DNA from: an uncultured virus (IMG/VR IMGVR_UViG_3300027816_004729)
Taxonomy: Duplodnaviria > Heunggongvirae > Uroviricota > Caudoviricetes
DNA: 64,000 bases
Reading direction: 5' to 3' (one strand)
IMG/VR virus record: IMGVR_UViG_3300027816_004729
A program made the position numbers and the translations under genes. Positions 29,095-38,100 of this stretch are shown one piece after another (the first letter of the stretch is position 1; each line of letters opens with the position of its first letter). Under the pieces are notes generated by a model. It ran no database searches. It was not told the DNA's origin and saw only the letters and a program-made list of their open reading frames with translations.

Positions 29095-29783
29095 ACCCAA
29101 TCATCATCATTGAAGGTCCGGATGGTTGCGGTAAAACAACATGGTGCAAACACTATCAAGCCATGTTCGGCGGAAAGTATATGCATCTCGGATTGCATAA
29201 AAATTTATACGCATATCAGACTATGAGTTTAGTTCGCGCGGTGTACTGGGCAAAAAAAGTCCCGGTGCTTATCGATAGGCATTGGCCTTCTGAACAAATC
29301 TACGGGTCTGTTTACCGCGGGGCATGTTTGCGCAAAGAAGCCGCTCGGCTAGAAAAGTTTTGCGAGGATCTCGGTATTTTTTATGTTGTGGCCATTGGTG
29401 ATGATGCCGAGTCTATGGCAAATTGGCATCAAGAAACTTCGGCTCAGCGTCCCGAAATGTACTCGCCTGACTCGAACTACCGAAAAGTACTAAATGGCTA
29501 TCTTGATTGGTGGTCAGGTAAAAGTACTTGCGCCGTGAATATCGGCCATTGTGCTGAAACTAAGCCTATGTGCTCTAAATTTTTTTCGGCCATCCAGTAT
29601 AACCGCGAAGGATTTAAAGGTCAAACCGGTATTAACAACCATATTCATATTACTCAGGTTTTAGCTACAAACTGGCGTAATTTTCGACTTTCGTTAAAAG
29701 ACAGCAACACCCTCACTAAAAACCAACTCATCAAAGAATGCGGATATGAAGCCCCAAAAAACAGCAACCAATGCATGGCTTGA
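29091..29783 (+). CDS. deoxynucleoside monophosphate kinase (thymidylate-kinase-like)
   Basis: IIIEGPDGCGKTT P-loop and IDRHW.SE.IY. Confidence 0.85.
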   Translation: MNPIIIIEGPDGCGKTTWCKHYQAMFGGKYMHLGLHKNLYAYQTMSLVRAVYWAKKVPVLIDRHWPSEQIYGSVYRGACLRKEAARLEKFCEDLGIFYVVAIGDDAESMANWHQETSAQRPEMYSPDSNYRKVLNGYLDWWSGKSTCAVNIGHCAETKPMCSKFFSAIQYNREGFKGQTGINNHIHITQVLATNWRNFRLSLKDSNTLTKNQLIKECGYEAPKNSNQCMA

Positions 29784-30567
29784 CCTAATAGCAAAAATTA
29801 CTGCTTCAGGTCAAATTCACAAACCTAGAAACCTCCCTATTCGGGAAATCGTCGGAAATCAAGTCAAATTTGACATGAAGTATCCGATCGTCTTAACTAA
29901 AGCTAGAAATCTTAACTACAAGTTTATGGCCGCCGAAGCTTGGTGGATGCTTAGCGGCCGAAACGATACCGCGTCTATCGGAGAATACTGTAAAGCAATT
30001 CTAAAGTTCTCAGATGATGGCAAAACTTTTTTTGGTGCTTACGGTCCCAAAATTTCGTCTCAGATTGACTATGTGGTTAGCAAATTGAAGCAAGATCACG
30101 AAAGTCGACAAGCCGTCATAAACATCTGGAGAGAAAATCCACCTGAAACTAAAGATACGCCTTGCACAATTTCTGCGCAGTGGTTGATTAGAAATGGCGA
30201 GTTACACTGCATCGACACTATGCGTTCAAATGACGCGTGGCTAGGTTTTCCTTACGACGTATTCAACTTCTCGATGTTATCTTGGCATATTGTTAATGAA
30301 CTCCAAAAAGACGGGTTTAATGATCTTAAACTTGGCACTTTCACGCTGAATGCCGGATCGCATCATCTTTACGAGCCGGATTGCGAAAAGATCCGCGTCC
30401 TATCGCCGATAGAGTGGTCTGACAGCATAGACTTCAATATTTGCGCCGGCGGCGAATCCTGGCCAATCCTGGATCAACTGGCGTGGGTTTTAGGTAAAAC
30501 TGAAAATCCAGAAGGCTCAAAAAGCGCATTTTTCACGGAGTTCAAATCGAAACTTGTCTCCAAATGA
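29746..30567 (+). CDS. thymidylate synthase homologue with Asp at the specificity position (dCMP methylase/hydroxymethylase-like)
   Basis: AYG, SRQA, catalytic PC (DTPCT), MRSNDAWLGFPYDV (Asp where ThyA has Asn177), SHHLY. Confidence 0.8.
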   Translation: MKPQKTATNAWLDLIAKITASGQIHKPRNLPIREIVGNQVKFDMKYPIVLTKARNLNYKFMAAEAWWMLSGRNDTASIGEYCKAILKFSDDGKTFFGAYGPKISSQIDYVVSKLKQDHESRQAVINIWRENPPETKDTPCTISAQWLIRNGELHCIDTMRSNDAWLGFPYDVFNFSMLSWHIVNELQKDGFNDLKLGTFTLNAGSHHLYEPDCEKIRVLSPIEWSDSIDFNICAGGESWPILDQLAWVLGKTENPEGSKSAFFTEFKSKLVSK

Positions 30568-32675
30568 AATTAGCCACCATCCAGAATCTGCAATGCCAGG
30601 ACGTTTCGTTTGACCATCCGTGGACGTTCGAACCGAAAGTTCCGACTTTCAAAAATAAAAAAGCTTACAAAGAGTGGCTCGGCCAAGAAAACACGGAGCA
30701 CATGCTCTACAGCGGTTTTACCGGACTCATAGCGTCCCTTAGAATCCACAAAGATGCTAATGCCATACACTCGATGCAAGCTTTGGTGGCGGATTATGAC
30801 GCCGAGATAAGCTTATCAGATATCGAATCGATGCTTTCGCGGTGTGAGGCTACTGCCCCAAATTGGGTTCACAAAACTCCTTCGGGAGGAGCCCGACTCG
30901 TTTGGTTAATCGAACGCCCGGTCTTGGTGGCTTCAATGCCAATATTAAACAAGGCCCTGAAAATGGCGGCGAAACAACTCGACTTAAAAGGACTTTTGCC
31001 AGGTTTTGACTATCAAAACGCGTTCTTAAATCCATCCATCTACTATGACGTCGGCAAGGACTGGATGGTTGTGGAAGGATCCGAGCCGCTTAAAGCCGCG
31101 CTAGCTGAAGGTTGGATGCTTAAATCTTCAGACAATATCGAATGGCATGGAGAAACTATCCCGTTGGATGTTGTCGAGAAAAAAGTCCATGAGATGTTTC
31201 CAAATCGGTGGAACGGTCCGTTTTCTGAAGGTTCTAGAGGTTGTCGCTTTTGGGATCCAATGGCGGATAACCCTTCTTCGGCAATTGTGCGTCCTACTGG
31301 AATGCAATGTTTCACCGGTCCGTCAGGTTTTGTGCCATGGTCAAAGATTTTCGGCTCTAAGTTTGTCGATCAATATACCGTCGAGAGACTCGGCGATATA
31401 GTCGATGGGATTTGGTATGACGGCTCATCCTATTGGTACGAGTCGGCGGACGGAAAATGGGAAGCTCGGTCTGAACGCGAAATGTCACGCTGGCTTAAAG
31501 TAGAACAAGGACTTTCGGGCGAAAAGGAGAAGAACGCGACGTTTTCCGAAGTCGACCACGCGCTATTCACAATCGATCAACATAAACGCGTTATCGGCGC
31601 GGCCCCTTTTGTCTACCTTCCAGCAGGCATGATCGAGTTCATGAAAAAGCGCGTATTGAATACGGCTAGGGTCAAGCCATTGCCTCCAGCTCCGCCCGTT
31701 GACGACTGGGCGCATGGTTTTCCGTGGCTCGCGTCTTTCCTAGAAAAGTTCTTTTCTTGCGAAGACCAGTTAATGCACTTTTTGAGTTGGCTAAAACGGT
31801 TCTATGTTTCCGCCCTCGAAGGAGCCCCGAAGCAGGGACAAGCGTTGTTTATCGCCGGTGAACCAGGTCAAGGAAAAACCTTACTCTCAAACCGCATCAT
31901 TTCGGGTTTAGTCGGCGGGCATCAAGATGCGACTCAGTTTTTACTAGGGGCTTCTAATTTTAACAAAGAACTTTTCCATCACGGTCTGTGGACAGTCGAC
32001 GACGCAACTCCAGGTGACAATGCCGCGGACCATAAAAAGTTTTCCAGTCTGTTAAAAAAAGTCACCGCAAATACCACATTCGAGTATCACGCCAAATTCC
32101 AGGATTCGGTAATGGTCGAATGGACAGGCCGCGTAATCATTACTGGCAATTTGGACGCCGAGTCACTAAGGATCTTGCCAGATTTAGACACCTCGATCCT
32201 CGACAAGATTATGCTTTTCAAAGCCGCGACTATCGATAAAAAATTTCCTGACCGCCATGAGTTGCAAAATACGATCAACCGCGAGTTGCCTTACTTAGGC
32301 GCTTGGTTAACCGAATACCAAATTCCCGAAGAGTACTTCGGAGAGACGCAGCGTTACGGCGTGAAAAGTTATCACCATCCAGAATTACGGCATGCGGCAG
32401 GCGAATCCACGGACGCCGCGGTGCTCGACGAAATATTGGATTCGTTTTTAGAGCAGCGAAAAAAGAATCGCGAACCTATTCCTTGGAGTGGTACTGCCAC
32501 GCAACTCATGCAAGACATTTTTGTCGACGACATTTTAAAAGGTATTGTTGGCCGCAATTCAGCGCGATGGTTCGGAATCAATCTTGGAAAACTTGAAGCT
32601 CAAGGCAGAGGCGTAGAATCGAAGCGTTCCAATGGCAAAAAAATTTATATCGTAGGCCTAGAGAAAAAAAGTTGA
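30564..32675 (+). CDS. primase-helicase (AEP-like N-terminus plus SF3/D5-like P-loop)
   Basis: ADYD and HKTPSGGAR primase-like motifs; GEPGQGKT Walker A, VDD, ITGN. Confidence 0.75.
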   Translation: MKLATIQNLQCQDVSFDHPWTFEPKVPTFKNKKAYKEWLGQENTEHMLYSGFTGLIASLRIHKDANAIHSMQALVADYDAEISLSDIESMLSRCEATAPNWVHKTPSGGARLVWLIERPVLVASMPILNKALKMAAKQLDLKGLLPGFDYQNAFLNPSIYYDVGKDWMVVEGSEPLKAALAEGWMLKSSDNIEWHGETIPLDVVEKKVHEMFPNRWNGPFSEGSRGCRFWDPMADNPSSAIVRPTGMQCFTGPSGFVPWSKIFGSKFVDQYTVERLGDIVDGIWYDGSSYWYESADGKWEARSEREMSRWLKVEQGLSGEKEKNATFSEVDHALFTIDQHKRVIGAAPFVYLPAGMIEFMKKRVLNTARVKPLPPAPPVDDWAHGFPWLASFLEKFFSCEDQLMHFLSWLKRFYVSALEGAPKQGQALFIAGEPGQGKTLLSNRIISGLVGGHQDATQFLLGASNFNKELFHHGLWTVDDATPGDNAADHKKFSSLLKKVTANTTFEYHAKFQDSVMVEWTGRVIITGNLDAESLRILPDLDTSILDKIMLFKAATIDKKFPDRHELQNTINRELPYLGAWLTEYQIPEEYFGETQRYGVKSYHHPELRHAAGESTDAAVLDEILDSFLEQRKKNREPIPWSGTATQLMQDIFVDDILKGIVGRNSARWFGINLGKLEAQGRGVESKRSNGKKIYIVGLEKKS

Positions 32676-32712
32676 AAAAAAGTATGTACGATAGCTAGCA
32701 GCCTGATAGCAT
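32675..32712 (+). promoter_or_regulatory. phage early-type promoter, copy 1
   Basis: AAAAAAAGTATGTACGATAGCTAGCAGCCTGATAGCAT: A-tract, TGTACG (-35-like), TGn-TAGCAT (extended -10); near-identical to the copy at 34121. Confidence 0.7.
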
Positions 32713-32722
32713 AGCTCTCGTC

Positions 32723-33655
32723 ATGAGCATACCAGACATACAAATCGGTTCACCTGTCACCGTCAAGGTCCAAGGTGAAGTAGTCAACGCCACCTACCAA
32801 GGTTGGTCAGATAAATACAGCCTCGCTATTGTCGAGGTCAACGGGCAACGGCTTTACCGCAAGTTGCAAAACTCACCTACTTCTTCGAAGCAAACCGTAG
32901 TTCCAAAGAAATCGCGCTTCGACATCAACACGCGATTCGACTTCATCGAACAAGTCGTCGATATGGTTGTGTCTGGCGAATCAAAGTCCGTGATTATCAC
33001 CGGCGACGGTGGTCTCGGAAAAACGCACACCGTTATGGACCGCTTGACTAGTCAAGGTCTTGAATGCGCGGATGTCGTACTTGACAGTGACGACGAAGAA
33101 GACGATGGTACAACTAGGCGCGGTGCCGGCGACTATGTCGTTATCAAAGGTTTTGTGACAAGCCGAGCGCTTTACGATCTTCTCTATGAGAACCGCGACC
33201 GACTCATCGTATTTGACGACTGCGATTCTGTCTGGGAAGTGCCTACTTCGGTATCGCTGCTCAAAGCGGCTTTAGATTCTTACGACAAGCGCACGATCTC
33301 CTGGCTCACGGCCACGTCTCCTGATATACCGCGCTCCTTTGAGTTTACTGGCCGCGTCATATTCGTGTCAAACTTGCACCTCGGCGAACTCGACCAAGCT
33401 GTACTTAGTCGCTGTCTCTATGTGGACGTCAGCATGACGACCGAAGAAAAGATTGAGCGCATCCGCCATGTAGCTCCCCGCGTCCGACCTGACATGACGA
33501 AAGATGCCAAAGACGAAGTCATCGAACTACTCGACTCTGTCCGAGATCAGATCGGCGACCTCAATATCCGCACCTTCCTCAAAGCCTGCGAAATCCGCAA
33601 TCGCAATTCCGCCAATTGGCGCGACCTCGTCGAATACGTAGTCACCGCATTCTAA
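32723..33655 (+). CDS. AAA+ ATPase
   Basis: GDGGLGKT, VFDDCD, LKAALDS, FVSN, SR. Confidence 0.85.
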   Translation: MSIPDIQIGSPVTVKVQGEVVNATYQGWSDKYSLAIVEVNGQRLYRKLQNSPTSSKQTVVPKKSRFDINTRFDFIEQVVDMVVSGESKSVIITGDGGLGKTHTVMDRLTSQGLECADVVLDSDDEEDDGTTRRGAGDYVVIKGFVTSRALYDLLYENRDRLIVFDDCDSVWEVPTSVSLLKAALDSYDKRTISWLTATSPDIPRSFEFTGRVIFVSNLHLGELDQAVLSRCLYVDVSMTTEEKIERIRHVAPRVRPDMTKDAKDEVIELLDSVRDQIGDLNIRTFLKACEIRNRNSANWRDLVEYVVTAF

Positions 33656-33663
33656 TCAGCATA

Positions 33664-33686
33664 GCGCCAGGTTCAATCCCTGGCGC
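33664..33686 (+). other. hairpin with a tRNA T-loop-like loop
   Basis: GCGCCAGG-TTCAATC-CCTGGCGC, 8-bp stem, no U-tract. Confidence 0.55.
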
Positions 33687-33704
33687 ACAACATTTCTGGA
33701 GTAT

Positions 33705-34112
33705 ATGCAAACCTTCCTTCCATACAGTTCATTCACAGCGAGCGCGGCAGCACTAGACAACCGCAGACTCGGTAAACAGCGCGTTGAGTGCTTGCAAATT
33801 TTAACGGCTCTCAGCAATCCATCTTACGGCTGGCAAAATCATCCCGCGACTAAAATGTGGCGTGACTGCAAAGGCAGTCTAGTCATCTACGCCCAGTCAA
33901 TTTGCCTTGAATGGCGCTCGCGCGGATTCAACGACACCTGCCTTGAAAAAGTTTCTTGCTTTGCAGGACCTCTCGGCGACTTGTCGTGGATTACGCCGGA
34001 CCTTTGCCGTTCGCACCAGTCTAATCTTGTTCGTAAAGACCAGGATTACTACGGACCGCTTTTTCCTGGCGTGCCAAATGACCTACCGTACATCTGGCCG
34101 GTCGCGGCCTAA
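33705..34112 (+). CDS. pyrimidine-dimer DNA glycosylase/endonuclease V-like (MSMEG_6728-like)
   Basis: MQTFLPY, LD..RLGKQRVE..QI, HPA..MW, SHQSNL.RKD..YY, Y.WP. Confidence 0.85.
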   Translation: MQTFLPYSSFTASAAALDNRRLGKQRVECLQILTALSNPSYGWQNHPATKMWRDCKGSLVIYAQSICLEWRSRGFNDTCLEKVSCFAGPLGDLSWITPDLCRSHQSNLVRKDQDYYGPLFPGVPNDLPYIWPVAA

Positions 34113-34120
34113 AATTTTTT

Positions 34121-34159
34121 AAAAAAAAGTATGTACACTAGCTAGCAGCTTGATAGTTT
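34121..34159 (+). promoter_or_regulatory. phage early-type promoter, copy 2
   Basis: AAAAAAAAGTATGTACACTAGCTAGCAGCTTGATAGTTT. Confidence 0.7.
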
Positions 34160-34236
34160 CATCCTTGAAGCGAGGGTGACCGAGCTTCAAAAACCAACCA
34201 ACAAAAACCAACCAACAAAAATAGAAACCAAATAAA

Positions 34237-35082
34237 ATGAACATCCGCATCACACCCGACAGCATCCGCAACCTCGCTCCTTTGAGCAACGACCAACTCC
34301 AAACAATGGCGCCCGCCATCTTCTCTAAGAAAGCTGCGCCTGACGTTAGCGACCGCTACTCGTTTGTGTCCACCGCTGAGATCCTCCCGGTTCTTCGCGA
34401 CCACGGCTTCCAACCCGTCGCCGCTGCTCAGCGCGGTAGCCGCAACTTCGGTGTCCACCGCGTTGAACTCTTCCACGAGAATCACCTCAAGGGTCTCACT
34501 TCTGGCAAGCTTGAAGAAGCTCCTCGCTGGATTCTCAACAACAGCCACGACCGCACGACTCGCCTCAACTTGATCGGCGGTTTCTTCCGGTTCGCTTGCT
34601 CAAACGGCATGATCGTCGCTTCTGGCGTCACCGCGTCACTGCGTATGCTCCATATCTCGCTGGACGATGCGGCTATCCGCACGGCAATTAGCGGCATGTC
34701 GCAAATGCTCGACGAGACCATGAGCCGCGTGGCTGACTTCCGTAACCGCAAGCTCAACAAGATCGAGCAAAACCTCCTGGCCAACTATGCGGCCGAAGTC
34801 CGCTACGCCGGTTGGAATTCGGTTCCAGTCGAAGCCAAGGACCTTCTAGCTGTGCGCCGTGACGAGGACCGCGGCGAAGATCTGTGGACGGTATTCAACC
34901 GTGTCCAAGAAAACAGCACTCGCGGAGGTATCGCGACTCGCAATGGCCGCGTCACCCGCCCGCTCAAGTCGTTCTACGCCGACGTAACCGTCAATCGGCG
35001 CCTTTGGGCCGGCGCTGAAGCCATCTTCGAAGGTGGTGCTTCAGGTATCCAAGCCCTCCGCAAAGAACTCGCCAAAAACTAA
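34237..35082 (+). CDS. DUF932/DUF945-family protein
   Basis: AP.IF, SDRY.FVST, NSHD, G.FRFACSNG, RR.ED...DLW..FNRVQEN. Confidence 0.85.
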   Translation: MNIRITPDSIRNLAPLSNDQLQTMAPAIFSKKAAPDVSDRYSFVSTAEILPVLRDHGFQPVAAAQRGSRNFGVHRVELFHENHLKGLTSGKLEEAPRWILNNSHDRTTRLNLIGGFFRFACSNGMIVASGVTASLRMLHISLDDAAIRTAISGMSQMLDETMSRVADFRNRKLNKIEQNLLANYAAEVRYAGWNSVPVEAKDLLAVRRDEDRGEDLWTVFNRVQENSTRGGIATRNGRVTRPLKSFYADVTVNRRLWAGAEAIFEGGASGIQALRKELAKN

Positions 35083-35090
35083 TTGGCCAG

Positions 35091-35127
35091 AGGGGTCCGG
35101 GGTAAATTCCCCGGGCCCCTATTTTTT
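35091..35127 (+). terminator. intrinsic terminator at the convergence of plus- and minus-strand blocks
   Basis: 12-bp GC stem AGGGGTCCGGGG/CCCCGGGCCCCT followed by ATTTTTT. Confidence 0.85.
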
Positions 35128-35131
35128 ACGG

Positions 35132-38100
35132 CTAAGATTGCCGTCTAACTTCACGCATCGCATCGCGTACCATCTCTTCCCATTCATCTTCGGTTGACGA
35201 AGAGCGATAGACACCCCGCCGCCTGAGAAATTCTTCAGCGCGGCGGCGGTCGTTTAACCAGGCGTCGCGGTTAAAAGAGCCATCGTCATTCGAATACCGA
35301 GGATTATACCCTGGCATATAAGATGCTTTAGATAATGGACCTCTGTCTGTATTAGGTAATGCTGTTTCGGCAAGACCTGGACCATCCTGGTTAATAGGAG
35401 GTCCCATTTCTTCGGGCATAAAGTCCGAATCTAGCGAATCGGCATCTTTTTCGAGGTAAAAGTCACCCAAGTCGACTTTGTCGGTGAAAATCCCGACGGT
35501 GGGTACATTACTTTCCCAGGCGATATATCCGTCGAATCCGGCTTGATTTATTAACTTCGCATAAAATTCGACACTTCCTCCTCCAGAAACCTTGTCTTTT
35601 CCAGCTTCAAGTTCTTTGCGAATTTGCTTGTCAGTTCCGGCGACTTTCTTAATGTCTTCTTCGTCCGAGGGGTCGAAGATATTCTGATTGACTAAATTTC
35701 CGGCAAAAACATCGCCTTCGCTTGAGTAATACAAAGCTTGTCCAGGATCCGGCGTGAGATACGTAACCGGGGTCTGTTCTTCTTCGTATGCCGGATAAAG
35801 TGCCGATTTGTCTTTCGATAGAGTCTTTGGAATTTCTCCACTTTTGTTTTTGTCAACGCCATGGTAGAAAACCCCATCAAGAGAAGTCGGCATATAGGAA
35901 ATATTCGGCGCTACGGCACTAACCATGGCCTCTCCATCGTTTTCCCACATTCCGTCCATAGTTTCTTCTTCTTCAAAAAGTTTACGGCGAGTTTTTGCCG
36001 CACTTTCACTAACCTGATCCGACACAAGTAAACTAGCGTCATTTCGTTGAGCAATTCTGGCCAACTCTCTATAAATCTGTTCTCCGTATCCTTTATTCCG
36101 ATCCTTTTTGTTAACAAAAGTGTGGTTAACCACTATAGAATCAGAATCTTCGAAAAAACTAAATTGTCCTACTTCTTTTCCTTTTTTATTAAAAACTTTG
36201 AAAGCCTTGGGCGTAGAGACTTCATCTCCCATTTCTTCTTCATCCATTTCATCTAACTCGTACTCCTCGGATATTTCTTTAAAAGTAACTTCTGGCAACT
36301 TTGCTTTTCGCTCATCTAACGTGACTTGGCTTAAATCTGGATTAGAAGTCGGCATATAGGAAATGTTCGGCGGCACTACACTACGCATGCCACCGACTCC
36401 TCTTTCAAAAGGCCATAAATCGCGAGGGTCTACGCCTTCTACTCCTTTTGACCAAGACCGTTCGCCTTTCCTAGGTTTTTCTTCAAATAGTTTATTCCTA
36501 ACCGCCGCGGCTTCTGGGGAAACCTCCATTGCGTAAAGATATTTCATCCCGGTTTTTTGCGCATATCGCGCAACTGCCCGGTATAAAGCTTGACCGTATC
36601 CGGCACCCCTGTATGGTTTTGCCACGTTCGTGAATTCGACAGCCAAAGATTTAGCATCAAATTCGTGGCCCACGTAAACATGCGCAAATCCGATAATGCG
36701 CTTTTCATCTTCAGGTAAATCCGCGCCTTCGTATTGATCAAGATAAGATTCTCCGTACTTAGTACCGCGTTTCATCTTTTCTCCTTTTGGTATTGAAATA
36801 AAGATAAAAGCTTCACGCGGGCCGTCGTACTTATTTTTTGGAATTCTTTCGGTAATATTTATTTCGTGTTTTGGCAGATTTTTCTTCGTGCGGTTTAGCG
36901 CCGCTTGAGTTGGCATGAAACTCGGAATCCCTTGCGCAACTTTACTGAGTGATTCTCCCTTGCCAAAATAGCGGTGGACATTGAGTGGATTTGTATTTTT
37001 TACAAGTACTTTGATACCCGACTCGCTAGATCCTAAAGCCTCGGCTTCAATATCGTCGGCCGCAAAAGTTTCGTTTAATAGTTTTACTAAGGTCGAAGTA
37101 TCATTCGAATCCACCGCGTTTCTAATCTGACTGGATTTTTCGACATACGAACCGTATTCTTCTGGATTACGCCAATTCCTTCTAGCATGAGCCATTAATT
37201 TATTCTCGACAGAATCCGGATCTAGCTCAATCGTAAAATCTCGGTCGGCGTAAATTGATGTCTCGACTCTTTCCGGGGTCGAGTCTTCTCCGTAATCCCG
37301 GTAAATTGCGGCTATCGTCACCAGTTTTTTTCCAGGCCGCGCGATAAGCTCGGATTCATTGACATAGCGACTACTAGCGTTTAGTTCGGAAACGTCAATG
37401 GCCACGGAGTCTGAATCCAATACCGTCGACAATACTAAACCGTAGTCTCCTGGAAGACCTTTGCGGTTTTCTTTTTCGGCTTCAGATTTATTGCGCAGCC
37501 ATTGCATTGTCGACCCAAACATGTCCATTCCGGTATTGCTTATTTTTGTAGCAAATCTGATGGCGACTTTAGGATCCGTCGACCAAGACTCGTATGCCGA
37601 TGAATCGACTTCTAGCGTGTCTCCTACTTTCAACCCTTCGATAAGAGGACCATTTAGCGCAATTCCTCTGAAAGATTCTACCGGTTCTCCGGTATACGGC
37701 GCCGCACCTTCGATACGCCAGAGTTGATTGCTCTGCCGGTTTTCGTTAACATAGTTGCTGATAATCTCGGCGATTTCTTTAGTATTAAAACTTTTCGGGT
37801 CATTAAGAAGTCTAGTAACCGATGAACGCGCGCGTTTTATATCTGCGGCATCCCCATTTTTAACGGATCTATTCAATTCCCGCAACCACGAACTAAGTTC
37901 TGCACTAGGTAAAGATCTTCCTTGTCGGGGTTTTTGCTCTTGCATGAACACCGAAAATACCGGGTCCGCGGCAATAGCGGCAAAATCGTTTTCATTACCG
38001 GTTTTTACATACCGGGCGACCATATCTTTAAGTCGGTTTCGATCCCGAAATGCAGCGTTTACGCTCTGCATGTGCTCCGGCGTTAATCCAACTTCGCTTA

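Noticed and set aside
29746..30567. Ordinary thyA annotation
   Set aside because: The specificity residue is Asp (PYD) rather than Asn (PFN), so the symbol was withheld.
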